Shown in pieces: positions 49,183 to 58,159 of a DNA stretch of 64,000 nt. A model generated the notes under the pieces. It saw only the letters and a list, made by a program, of their open reading frames with translations, was not told the origin of the DNA and searched no databases. A program made the translations under genes and the position numbers. Location: NCBI GenBank assembly GCA_943369795.1, contig CALROO020000016.1, positions 11,104 through 75,103 on the forward strand, in the 5' to 3' direction. Each line of letters opens with the position of its first letter. Within the stretch, counting starts at the first letter, position 1. The stretch comes from Rhizobium sp. Q54. GTDB taxonomy: Bacteria > Pseudomonadota > Alphaproteobacteria > Caulobacterales > Caulobacteraceae.

Positions 49183-49244
49183 TCAGAAATTTCCCCGATA
49201 AGACATATCGATGCCCGATCCTATCCGGACTTCGATCGGATGGA

Positions 49245-49269
49245 AACGTCGCATCGCCGACACGGTTCC
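49245..49269 (-). promoter_or_regulatory. SigT promoter of phyR
   Basis: GGAAC-N16-CGTT on the minus strand. Confidence 0.85.
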
Positions 49270-49310
49270 CGCCGGAACCCCAAGCTTGAGCATTATTTCG
49301 GGTTAACCTA

Positions 49311-49335
49311 GGAACCTGCATGGGGCCGCCACGTT
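49311..49335 (+). promoter_or_regulatory. SigT promoter of nepR-sigT
   Basis: GGAAC-N16-CGTT. Confidence 0.85.
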
Positions 49336-49387
49336 GTCGGGGTCCATGGGGCGTGAAAACGCGCGGATATCGGCGGCGGTCTTGTTG

Positions 49388-49591
49388 ATGAATGATGCGA
49401 ATGAGTCGTCGCGGCGGGGATCTCCCGACGCATCCGAGGGTAATCTCGAGGAAGCGCGTCTGCGACAGCAGGCGATCGGCGTGAAGCTGCGTCACATGTT
49501 CGACCAGGTGGTCAACGAGCCTGTCCCCGACGAGTTTCTCGACATTCTGCGCCGCGCCGACGAGAAATCGTCGGGTGGGAACGAGGCATGA
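49388..49591 (+). CDS. nepR: Anti-sigma factor NepR
   Basis: QQAIGVKLRHMFDQVVNEPVPDEFLDIL. Confidence 0.93.
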   Translation: MNDANESSRRGSPDASEGNLEEARLRQQAIGVKLRHMFDQVVNEPVPDEFLDILRRADEKSSGGNEA

Positions 49592-50202
49592 GTTCGTCGC
49601 GCGCGCCTGCGCCACCCAAGCCGCCCTCCGCCGACGACGCGGGGTTCAAGCGCGAGCTGGTCACCCTGATCCCGCATCTGCGCGCTTTCGCACGCACCCT
49701 GACCGGCGATCCGACCGCCGCCGACGACCTGGCCCAGGATGCCATGATGAAGGCCTGGGATGCCCGGGCCAGCTATCAGATGGGCACCAACATGAAGGCC
49801 TGGACCTTCATGATCCTGCGCAACCAGTTCTATTCCGAGAAGCGCAGGTCTTGGCGCCAGTCGCAGCTGGACCAGGAAGCCGCCGAACGTACCTTGGTGG
49901 CCGTCGACGATCCAGAGGCACCCGTCGCGCTGGACGAGCTCCGTCTGGCCTTGAATACCCTGCCAGAGGAACAGCGCGAGGCGCTGATCCTAGTCGGGGC
50001 CGGCGGCTTCGCCTACGAGGAGGCCGCTGAAATCTGTCAGTGCGCCGTCGGTACCGTCAAAAGCCGCGTCAGCCGGGCACGCCGGGCTTTGGCCGCGACC
50101 CTGGAGCGCGGAGGCTACGAGCGCGACGGGCGCGCGGCGGGCGACGCCATGCGCTCCATCCTGGCCGATGCTGACCGGCTGAGCGGCAATCGGACCTATT
50201 GA
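49588..50202 (+). CDS. sigT: ECF sigma factor SigT/EcfG
   Basis: IPHLRAFARTL...ADDLAQD...AWTF.ILRN...GTVKSRVSRAR; coupled to nepR. Confidence 0.93.
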   Translation: MSSSRAPAPPKPPSADDAGFKRELVTLIPHLRAFARTLTGDPTAADDLAQDAMMKAWDARASYQMGTNMKAWTFMILRNQFYSEKRRSWRQSQLDQEAAERTLVAVDDPEAPVALDELRLALNTLPEEQREALILVGAGGFAYEEAAEICQCAVGTVKSRVSRARRALAATLERGGYERDGRAAGDAMRSILADADRLSGNRTY

Positions 50203-50204
50203 GA

Positions 50205-51995
50205 ATGTTCAACCTCGGCCGCGCGTTCGGCCAGGCTCCCCCGCGGCCTGCCGGTGCGCGGCCGTCGCCGCAACGGTTCAAGGGCATACGGTTCCGGCTC
50301 GGCATGGCCATGGCCCTGGCCATGTTGCCGATCCTGCTGCTGGGTGCCGTTCAGGCTCAGGCCGACTTTCGCGAACAGGCCGCCGAACGCCGCGCCGACC
50401 TGCACCTGGCCGCTGTTCGCAGCGCCGCCGATGCCAAGGCCAGGATCGATGCGGCCGCCCTGGTGTTGACCGTCCTGAGCCCGGAATCGCTGGGACTGTA
50501 TTGCGCGCCAAGGCTCGGGGCGCTGGTCGATAGGTTGGAAGGTTATGACGCCCTGTACCGGGTCAGTCCGACGGGGGCGATCGTCTGCCGCTCGGACGCC
50601 GCTGCCGATGCAGCAACCTCGGTCGCGAACACGGTCTGGTTCCAGAGGCTCAAGGCGGGCGAGGAAATGGTTGTGGCGCGGGCGGAACGGGGGATGCCTA
50701 CGCGTCCTGCCATGGTAGTCGGCGTTCGCTCGCAGCGCCCGCTTGGAACCTTCGACGGGGCCATGGCCGGCGTCGTTCCCCTGGACAGTCTGCGACCCCG
50801 CATCGACGATCCGGGCCTGCCCGCCGGAGCCCAGGCGGCCCTGACGGATGCCCAGGGCAACGTGCTGACCGCCACCGACATCGCCGCCTTCGACCTTTCC
50901 GGGAACGCATCGGTCGAGGGCTGGGTCGATCGCGCCCGGACCGGTCGAAACGCCATCTTCGAGGCCCGCGACGCGTCCGGCCAGAACCGGGTGTACGCCG
51001 GTGCGGCGCTGGCGGGCCGCGATGTCTATGTGCTGTTTTCGGCCCCCGCCACCGGATGGCTGTCCTGGGCTCGGCTCAATCCCATCGGCCTGGTGCTGAT
51101 GCCGCTGGTCGCCTGGCTGACCGCCTTCGCCGCCATCATGCTGGTGTCGGAGCGGATCATCATCCGCTGGCTGGAGTATCTGGAGCGGGTGGCCTCCATC
51201 TATGCCAAGGGACGGTTTACCGTGCGGCCGACCCAGGCCACCAATGCGCCGTCCGAAATCCGGGTCCTCGCGGCCACCCTGGACGAACTGGCCGACAACA
51301 TATCCGCGCGCGATGCGGCGCTGAATGAAAGCCTGGCCGAGAAGGACGCGCTGATGCGCGAAATCCATCACCGGGTGAAAAACAATCTGCAGATCATCTC
51401 ATCGCTGCTGTCGATGCAGCAACGCGCGCTTACGGACGCCCCGGCCAAGGCTGCGCTGGGCGACACCCGCCAGCGGATCGCGGCCCTGGCCCTGATCTAC
51501 CGGACCCTGTACCAGAGCGAGAACATCCGCCACGCCGACGCCCGCGACTTCCTGACCGAACTGGTCGGGCAGCTGGTGGCTTCGGAGGCCGGGCGCGGAC
51601 ATCTGGTGACCAGTTCGGTCAAGGCCGACAGCCTGCTGGTCGATCCCGACAAGCTGGCCCCGCTGGCGCTCTGGCTGGTCGAGGCGGTGACCAATGCCCA
51701 GAAACATGCCTTTGCCGGGCGGGGTGGCGATCTTCAGGTTCGCTTCACGGTCGCGGGCGATACCAGTGTCCTGGAGGTGCAGGACGATGGTCCCGGTCCC
51801 GACGACACCGCTGCGGCAGCGGGCGTGGGACGCACCTTGATGGGCGCATTCGCCAAGCAACTGCGCGGAACCGCCGAACTGGTGGCCTCGCCGGGGGGCG
51901 GTACGGTTGCCAGGCTCGTATTTGCAACACCTGAGGCACTCACTCCCACCGATCCGCGCGATCTGACGGGAACCTTGGCCGCACCGTCGCGTTGA
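50205..51995 (+). CDS. Membrane sensor histidine kinase (HisKA_2 type, PhyK-like)
   Basis: Two TM segments and a periplasmic sensor region; REIHHRVKNNLQ, EAVTNA.KHA, DDGPG. Confidence 0.9.
   Translation: MFNLGRAFGQAPPRPAGARPSPQRFKGIRFRLGMAMALAMLPILLLGAVQAQADFREQAAERRADLHLAAVRSAADAKARIDAAALVLTVLSPESLGLYCAPRLGALVDRLEGYDALYRVSPTGAIVCRSDAAADAATSVANTVWFQRLKAGEEMVVARAERGMPTRPAMVVGVRSQRPLGTFDGAMAGVVPLDSLRPRIDDPGLPAGAQAALTDAQGNVLTATDIAAFDLSGNASVEGWVDRARTGRNAIFEARDASGQNRVYAGAALAGRDVYVLFSAPATGWLSWARLNPIGLVLMPLVAWLTAFAAIMLVSERIIIRWLEYLERVASIYAKGRFTVRPTQATNAPSEIRVLAATLDELADNISARDAALNESLAEKDALMREIHHRVKNNLQIISSLLSMQQRALTDAPAKAALGDTRQRIAALALIYRTLYQSENIRHADARDFLTELVGQLVASEAGRGHLVTSSVKADSLLVDPDKLAPLALWLVEAVTNAQKHAFAGRGGDLQVRFTVAGDTSVLEVQDDGPGPDDTAAAAGVGRTLMGAFAKQLRGTAELVASPGGGTVARLVFATPEALTPTDPRDLTGTLAAPSR
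51969..51993 (+). promoter_or_regulatory. SigT promoter of the entericidin gene
   Basis: GGAAC-N16-CGTT inside the last codons of the kinase gene. Confidence 0.75.
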
Positions 51996-52042
51996 GCCGG
52001 TGTCAGAACGGCGAAATCGCTTCGCCGCCCCGGAGTTTTACA

Positions 52043-52180
52043 ATGCGCAAGATCCTCATCCTCGCCGTCGCCGCCGCCGCCCTGTCGACCGCCGCGTGCA
52101 ACACCATCGCCGGCGCGGGCCGCGACACCCAGGCCGTCGGCTCCGCCGTCACCGGTGCCGCCAACGACGCCAAGAACTAA
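52043..52180 (+). CDS. Entericidin A/B family lipoprotein
   Basis: MRKILIL...AACNTIAGAGRDTQAVGSAV. Confidence 0.9.
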   Translation: MRKILILAVAAAALSTAACNTIAGAGRDTQAVGSAVTGAANDAKN

Positions 52181-52191
52181 TCCGCCAAAAC

Positions 52192-52291
52192 CGGGTCTGC
52201 TCCCGCGTATCGCGGACCCGAGACATCGAGCGTCGAGTATGGACGTTCGAGGCTTGAGAGCCCCGCCGACTCCCCCCGTCGGCGGGGTTTT
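52192..52291 (+). ncRNA. Candidate three-hairpin sRNA in the entericidin 3' region
   Basis: Hairpins at 52192-52220 and 52226-52250; terminator at 52261-52291 with a TCCCCCC loop. Confidence 0.5.
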
Positions 52292-52387
52292 CGCTGTCTG
52301 GACACCGCGCTTTCCCCGACCCGCGACGCCAGCTAGGCTGAGTCCGACAAGCGCGCCGCAGATGCCGCATCCATTCGGGGAAATCAG

Positions 52388-54055
52388 ATGAGCCATGCCA
52401 GCACGACCGATGACGCCGATGATGGGCCGGGCCTCAGGACCGTCGTCGGAGCCTCGGCGGCGGGGACGGCGTTCGAGTGGTACGACTTCTTCATCTTCGG
52501 CTCGCTGACGACCATCATCGCCCGGCATTTCTATGCGGATGTCGGCGAGGCGACGTCCTACATCCTGGCCCTTCTGACCTTCGGGGTCGGGTTCGTCGTG
52601 CGACCGCTGGGGGCCCTGGTGTTCGGCTGGTTCGGCGACAAGACCGGGCGCAAGACGACCTTTCTGGTGACCATCACCCTGATGGGGGTGGCCACGGTCG
52701 CCATCGGCTTGCTGCCCGACTACGGCCAGATCGGCATCCTGGCTCCGGTGCTGCTGATCTTCCTGCGCATCGTTCAGGGGTTTGCGCTCGGCGGCGAATA
52801 CGGTGGGGCGGCCATCTATGTCGCCGAACATGCGCCTGCGAAAAAGCGCGGCTTCCTGACCGGCTGGATCCAGACCACCGCCGCCATCGGCCTGATCATG
52901 GCGCTGAGCGTCATCCTGATCACACGCGCGATCCTGGGGGTCGAGGCGTTTGACGAATGGGGCTGGCGCATCCCCTTCCTGCTGTCCTTCTTCCTGCTGG
53001 TCGTCTCGCTGTGGATCCGGCTGAAGCTGCACGAAAGCCCGGCCTTCAAGCGGATGGTCGCCGAAAGCACCGAACGTCAGGCCCCGTTCCGCGAGAGCTT
53101 CGCCACCTGGAAGATCGGCAAATACGTGCTGATCGCCCTGGTCGGCATCATGTTCGCCCAGGGAGCCGTCTGGTACGCGGGCTATTTCTACACCCGGTTC
53201 TTCATGGAACGGGTGCTGAAGATCGAGGTCTCGACCGTGGACGGCCTGATCCTGGCCATCACCGTGGCTTCGGCATTCCTGTACGTCTTCTTCGGCTGGC
53301 TGTCGGACAGGGTGGGGCGAAAGCCGGTCATGGTCGGTGGCATGGTGCTGTTCCTGATCGCGGTCTTTCCCGGCTTCCACGCCCTGACCCGCGCCGCCAA
53401 CCCGGCTCTGGCCCAGGCCCAGGCTACTTCTCCCGTCACCGTGATCGCCGACCCGGCCACCTGCGCCGTTCAGTTCGATCCGGTGGGCAAGGCCGCCTTC
53501 GCCTCGTCCTGCGACCTGGCCAAGAACGTCCTGTCCAATGCGGGCGTCAGCTATGACAATCTGGCCGCCGCCCCCGGTTCGCTGGCGACGGTCCGCATCG
53601 GCACGGTCGAGATCGCCTCGGTCGAGGGCACCGGCCTGGATACCGCCGCGCTCAAGGCCGCCCGCACGGACGTCGAAGGCCGGGTCAAGGCGGCCCTGAC
53701 GGAGGCCGGGTATCCGGCCAAGGCCGATCCGGCGCGGATCAACCTGCTGGCCGTGTTCGGCATCCTGATGATCTTCATGATTGCCGCCACCGCCGTCTAT
53801 GGGCCACAGGCGGCGGCCCTGGTCGAACTGTTCCCGACGCGGGTCCGCTATACGGCTATGAGCCTGCCCTACAATGTCGGGACCGGCTGGGTCGGAGGCC
53901 TCCTGCCCGCCGCCAGCTTCGCCCTGGTGGCCTTCTCGGGGAACATCTATTTCGGCCTGTGGTACTCGGTCGGCTTCACGGCGGTGGCGGCGGTGGTGGC
54001 CCTGCTGTTTCTGCCCGAAACACGCGGTCGTGATCTGAACACCATCGGCGACTGA
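52388..54055 (+). CDS. MFS transporter (metabolite:H+ symporter family)
   Basis: GTAFEWYDF, RPLG, GDKTGRK, QGFALGGEYGG, GWRIPF, ELFPTRVRY. Confidence 0.93.
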   Translation: MSHASTTDDADDGPGLRTVVGASAAGTAFEWYDFFIFGSLTTIIARHFYADVGEATSYILALLTFGVGFVVRPLGALVFGWFGDKTGRKTTFLVTITLMGVATVAIGLLPDYGQIGILAPVLLIFLRIVQGFALGGEYGGAAIYVAEHAPAKKRGFLTGWIQTTAAIGLIMALSVILITRAILGVEAFDEWGWRIPFLLSFFLLVVSLWIRLKLHESPAFKRMVAESTERQAPFRESFATWKIGKYVLIALVGIMFAQGAVWYAGYFYTRFFMERVLKIEVSTVDGLILAITVASAFLYVFFGWLSDRVGRKPVMVGGMVLFLIAVFPGFHALTRAANPALAQAQATSPVTVIADPATCAVQFDPVGKAAFASSCDLAKNVLSNAGVSYDNLAAAPGSLATVRIGTVEIASVEGTGLDTAALKAARTDVEGRVKAALTEAGYPAKADPARINLLAVFGILMIFMIAATAVYGPQAAALVELFPTRVRYTAMSLPYNVGTGWVGGLLPAASFALVAFSGNIYFGLWYSVGFTAVAAVVALLFLPETRGRDLNTIGD

Positions 54056-54070
54056 GCGTTGAAATTAGCC

Positions 54071-54203
54071 TCTCCCTCCCCTTGATGGGGAGGGACGGCG
54101 TAGCGAAGCGAAGCCAGGGTGGGGCAGTCCGCCGTGAGCGAGGCTTCACACAGCCCCACCCGGATCGCTTCGCGATCGTCCCTCCCCATAAAGGGGAGGG
54201 AGA
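54071..54203. repeat. CCCTCCCC-type nested palindromic element
   Basis: 27-bp terminal inverted repeats (54071-54097 / 54177-54203, 1 mismatch), each itself a hairpin; inner pair GGGTGGGGC / GCCCCACCC. Confidence 0.85.
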
Positions 54204-54213
54204 AAGGTAAACG

Positions 54214-55668
54214 ATGAACACCGCCGCCAAATCCGCCGGACTGAAGCTGCTGCGCGAGCACGCCCTGATCGCGGGCCGGATCGTCGAGGCGGGCAAGGAC
54301 GCTATCGCCGTCGACGACCCTGCGACCGGCGAGATCATCGGCCATGTCCCCAACCTCGGGGTCGCCGAGACCGACGAAGCGATCCAGGCCGCGCACCACG
54401 CCTTCGCCGACTGGTCCCGCTCCGACCCGCACAAGCGCGCGGCCTTCCTGCGCGAATGGGCCCGGTTGATCGACTCCCATCTGGACGGCCTCGGGGCCCT
54501 CATGGCGCTGGAGAACGGCAAGCCGTTCGAGGAGGCCAAAGGCGAGGTCGTGTATGCCAACGGCTTCCTGAAATGGTTCGCGGGCGAGGCCGAGCGTCTG
54601 CTGGGCGACACCCACGACAGCCCCTTGGGCCATCTGATCGTCACCTACCGCGAGGCGGTCGGTCCCTGCGCCCTGATCACGCCGTGGAATTTCCCCACCG
54701 CCATGCTGACGCGGAAACTCGGCCCCGCGTTCGCGGCGGGATGCACCGCCGTGGTCAAGCCGGCCAGCCAGACCCCGTTCTCGGCCATCATCCTGGCCGA
54801 ACTGGCCTATGAGGCGGGCCTGCCCAAGGGCGCGCTCAGCGTCGTCACGGGCGATGCCGCCACCATCGGCGGGGTGTTGACGAAATCGCCGCTGATCCGG
54901 AAACTGTCCTTCACCGGCTCGACAGGCGTCGGTGCCAAGCTGGCCGAGCAATGCGCCCCGACCCTGAAGCGTCTGTCGCTGGAGCTGGGCGGGGCCGCCC
55001 CGCTGATCGTGTTCGAGGACGCCGACATCGATCTGGCCGTCGCCGAGACCATCAAGGCCAAATTCCGCAATGCGGGCCAGACCTGCGTCTGTCCTAACCG
55101 CGTTTATGCCCACGCTTCGATCGCCGAGGCCTATGCCACGAAGCTGGCCGAGGCCGTGGCTGCGATCAAGGTCGGGCCCGCTTTCGAGCCCGACGTCAAA
55201 GTCGGCCCCCTGATCGAGGACAAGGCCGTGGACAAGGTCGAGGACCATCTGAAACGCGTCACGGCCGCAGGCGGCAAGGTGCTGACGGGCGGCGAACGCC
55301 ACGCTCTGGGCGGGCGGTTCTACACGCCCACTGTGACCCTGGGCGGTGACGACGAGATGTTCCGCCACGAGGAGACCTTCGGCCCCCTGATCCCCGTCTT
55401 CGCCTTCGACACCGAGGACGAGGTCATGGCCAAGGCCAACGACAGTGAGTTCGGTCTGGCGTCCTACATCTTCACCCGCGACCTGGACCGTGCCATGCGG
55501 GTCTCGCGTCGCATCGAGGCGGGCATGTGCGGCGTCAACACCGGCCTGATGTCCACCGCCGTCGCGCCGTTCGGGGGCGTCAAACAGTCCGGCTATGGCC
55601 GCGAGGGCTCGACCCACGGCATCGACGAATATGTGACGATCAAGTCGGTGACTTTGGCGCTGAAATAG
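54214..55668 (+). CDS. gabD: NAD(P)-dependent succinate-semialdehyde dehydrogenase
   Basis: ITPWNFP, FTGST, LELGG, KFRNAGQTCVC, EETFGP, FGGVKQSG.GREGS. Confidence 0.88.
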   Translation: MNTAAKSAGLKLLREHALIAGRIVEAGKDAIAVDDPATGEIIGHVPNLGVAETDEAIQAAHHAFADWSRSDPHKRAAFLREWARLIDSHLDGLGALMALENGKPFEEAKGEVVYANGFLKWFAGEAERLLGDTHDSPLGHLIVTYREAVGPCALITPWNFPTAMLTRKLGPAFAAGCTAVVKPASQTPFSAIILAELAYEAGLPKGALSVVTGDAATIGGVLTKSPLIRKLSFTGSTGVGAKLAEQCAPTLKRLSLELGGAAPLIVFEDADIDLAVAETIKAKFRNAGQTCVCPNRVYAHASIAEAYATKLAEAVAAIKVGPAFEPDVKVGPLIEDKAVDKVEDHLKRVTAAGGKVLTGGERHALGGRFYTPTVTLGGDDEMFRHEETFGPLIPVFAFDTEDEVMAKANDSEFGLASYIFTRDLDRAMRVSRRIEAGMCGVNTGLMSTAVAPFGGVKQSGYGREGSTHGIDEYVTIKSVTLALK

Positions 55669-55672
55669 GCCG

Positions 55673-55900
55673 ATGACCCGGCGCGAGCGGGCGCGGCTGA
55701 TCCGGTCGCTGACCTTGCCAATGGCCTTGCTCGTCGTCGGGGCGGTGCTGTTCGCGGGCGCGCAAGACCTGGCTAGGGTGGACGGTTTCCGCCTCTACGG
55801 GTTGGTCCAGGCGCTGGGCGAGATCGTCGGCATGATCGGCCTCGTGTGGCTGGTCGCCGTCGTTATCCGTGCGCTGACGTCGAACCCCCGGCGCTCCTGA
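55673..55900 (+). CDS. Small hypothetical membrane protein
   Basis: Two hydrophobic segments; starts just after the gabD stop. Confidence 0.55.
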   Translation: MTRRERARLIRSLTLPMALLVVGAVLFAGAQDLARVDGFRLYGLVQALGEIVGMIGLVWLVAVVIRALTSNPRRS

Positions 55901-55941
55901 TCGGGCGGAATACCCATTCTGGCCCGACGCTTATCGTCGAT

Positions 55942-56349
55942 TCATATCTTTAGCAGTGCTGCCTTAAACGCGGTCACTTCTTCGTCCAGCCAAAACTTTC
56001 CTTCCCACCAGAAACGGGACAGGGCCTCATGGTTCAGCCTAACCCACTTCAGGACGGGCGGGGCCAGTCGCGCCAAGTCGCGATCTTCCATACTGCTGGC
56101 CAGCACGCGTGGCTCCGACGCCACGGCGACCGAGAAACTCGGCTGGCCCGGCCCCGTCTTGGCATAGCATTTCACTCGAGGCCCATGAGCGCCCATGACA
56201 GTCGAGATGAAGACGACGCCATGAATACCCGTCTGGTGTTCGGACAGATTGGCCATCTCGAACACGTCCTCATCGCCGAGCGCACCGATTTCTTCGTCGA
56301 GCGTGGGCTCGCGATCGATCCAGACGACGGGTGCTTCCTGAAAACCCAT
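55942..56349 (-). CDS. Hypothetical protein (DUF4160-like motif)
   Basis: EMANL...TGI...VFIS....HGPRVK...KWV.LN.E.L..FW. Confidence 0.65.
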   Translation of the reverse strand: MGFQEAPVVWIDREPTLDEEIGALGDEDVFEMANLSEHQTGIHGVVFISTVMGAHGPRVKCYAKTGPGQPSFSVAVASEPRVLASSMEDRDLARLAPPVLKWVRLNHEALSRFWWEGKFWLDEEVTAFKAALLKI

Positions 56350-56379
56350 GATTGATTATCCCGCTCGCATTCGCGCCTG

Positions 56380-56856
56380 TCAAACCGGCAACGCCCCCCG
56401 CTTGACCACTGTCCGCATCGCCACGCTGGAGCTGACCCGCGTCACGCCGGGGATGGTGGTCAGGGCCTTGGCGTGGACCCGTTCCAGGTCGTCCACATCC
56501 CGCACCACCAGCCGCAGCAGATAGTCCGAGCCCCCCGTCATCAGATAGCATTCGACCACTTCGGGCACCGTGGCGATGGCGGTCTCGAAGGCGGTCAGGG
56601 TCGTCTCGGCCTGGGACGACAGGGTCACGGTCACGAACACGCTGATCGGCAGGCCGACCGACCGCTCGTTGATGATGGCGGCATAGTGGTCGATGACACC
56701 GGCGCTCTCCAGCGCGCGCAACCGGCGCAGGCAGGCGCTCTCGGACAGGGCCACGGCCCTGGCCAGGTCGGCATTGGTCATCCGCCCGTCGTGTTGCAGG
56801 GCGCGAAGCATCTTTCTGTCGATGGCGTCCAGGGTGACGGCGGAAACGGTCTGCAT
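56380..56856 (-). CDS. Lrp/AsnC family regulator, divergent from ald
   Basis: LDAIDRKML..LQ.DGR.TN..LA..V.LS.SAC.RR...VVECY..TG..DYLL. Confidence 0.93.
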   Translation of the reverse strand: MQTVSAVTLDAIDRKMLRALQHDGRMTNADLARAVALSESACLRRLRALESAGVIDHYAAIINERSVGLPISVFVTVTLSSQAETTLTAFETAIATVPEVVECYLMTGGSDYLLRLVVRDVDDLERVHAKALTTIPGVTRVSSSVAMRTVVKRGALPV

Positions 56857-57001
56857 GGCGGGTCTCTGAAACGGGTTCTGCGAGTTTACGCCGATCACCT
56901 TGGCAAATGAACAGGAACCTGCGTTCCATCCGTCGCTAGAATAGCGGGCGAACAGCGGCCCGCCGGTTCACGAGCGGCCCTTCAACACAGGGAAGATAAT
57001 C

Positions 57002-58120
57002 ATGCGCGTCGGCGTCCCCCGGGAAATCAAGAAGAACGAACACCGCGTCGGGCTGACTCCCACGGCGGTACGTGAATACGTCGCCCATGGCCATGCTGTC
57101 TCGGTCGAGACCGGTGCAGGACTGGGCGCGGGCTTCACCGACGACGACTTCGTCAAGGCGGGCGCGACCATCGCCGCCGACGCCGCGACCGTCTTCGCCG
57201 GCAACGACATGATCGTGAAGGTCAAGGAGCCCCAGAAGGTCGAGTGGGAGATGCTGCGCGAGGACCAGATCCTCTACACCTATCTGCACCTGGCCCCCGA
57301 TCCGGAACAGACCAAGGGTCTGATGGCCTCGAAATGCGCCGCCATCGCCTATGAGACGGTGACCGACGCGCGCGGCGGCCTGCCGCTGCTGGCGCCCATG
57401 TCCGAGGTCGCCGGCCGCATCGCCGTCTTCTCGGCCGCCGAGACCTTGCTCAAGCACAACGGTGGCATGGGGCTGCTGTTCTGCGGCGTTCCGGGCGTGG
57501 CCCCCGCCCGCGTGCTGGTGCTGGGCGGCGGCGTCGTCGGCCTGAACGCGGCCCGGATGGCCATGGGCCTGGGGGCCGAGGTCGTCGTGCTGGAGCGGTC
57601 CATTCCGCGCATGGCCTATATCGACGAGGTCACTAACGGCCGCGTCGTCACCCGCTATTCCTCGATCGGCGCGATCGAGGAGGAACTGGTCAAGGCCGAC
57701 GTCATCATTGGCGCGGTGTTGGTGCCAGGTGCCGAGGCTCCGAAGCTGATCAAGAAGGCCCATCTGAAACAGATGAAGCCGGGCTCGGTTCTGGTCGACG
57801 TCGCCATCGACCAGGGCGGCTGTTTCGAGACCAGCCACGCCACGACCCACGAGGATCCGACCTATGTCATCGACGGCGTGGTCCACTATTGCGTCGCCAA
57901 CATGCCGGGTGCGGCCCCGCGTACCTCGTCCGAGGCCTTGAATAACGCCACCCTGCCGTTCGGTCTGGCCCTGGCCGATCACGGTCTGGAAGCCCTTCGC
58001 AAGGATCCTCATCTTGCGCGCGGACTGAACGTCCTGAAGGGCGAGATCACCTATCCGGCAGTGGCCGAGGCCATGGGCCTGACCTGGTCCGATCCTTTCG
58101 GGGTCTGGGCCAAAGGCTGA
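57002..58120 (+). CDS. ald: Alanine dehydrogenase
   Basis: GVPREIK..E.RV, KVKEP, YLHLA, LLAPMSEVAG, VDVAIDQGGC, VANMPGA. Confidence 0.97.
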   Translation: MRVGVPREIKKNEHRVGLTPTAVREYVAHGHAVSVETGAGLGAGFTDDDFVKAGATIAADAATVFAGNDMIVKVKEPQKVEWEMLREDQILYTYLHLAPDPEQTKGLMASKCAAIAYETVTDARGGLPLLAPMSEVAGRIAVFSAAETLLKHNGGMGLLFCGVPGVAPARVLVLGGGVVGLNAARMAMGLGAEVVVLERSIPRMAYIDEVTNGRVVTRYSSIGAIEEELVKADVIIGAVLVPGAEAPKLIKKAHLKQMKPGSVLVDVAIDQGGCFETSHATTHEDPTYVIDGVVHYCVANMPGAAPRTSSEALNNATLPFGLALADHGLEALRKDPHLARGLNVLKGEITYPAVAEAMGLTWSDPFGVWAKG

Positions 58121-58129
58121 TTTAACAGG

Positions 58130-58151
58130 GCCGCCGTCGATCGACGGCGGC
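58130..58151. terminator. Palindrome between convergent ald and argJ
   Basis: Perfect 22-bp palindrome GCCGCCGTCGATCGACGGCGGC. Confidence 0.55.
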
Positions 58152-58159
58152 TCCGATCT

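Noticed and set aside
49274-49300. Extra GGAAC in the phyR-nepR gap as a third SigT promoter
   Set aside because: There is no CGTT-like -10 element at 16-17 bp spacing.
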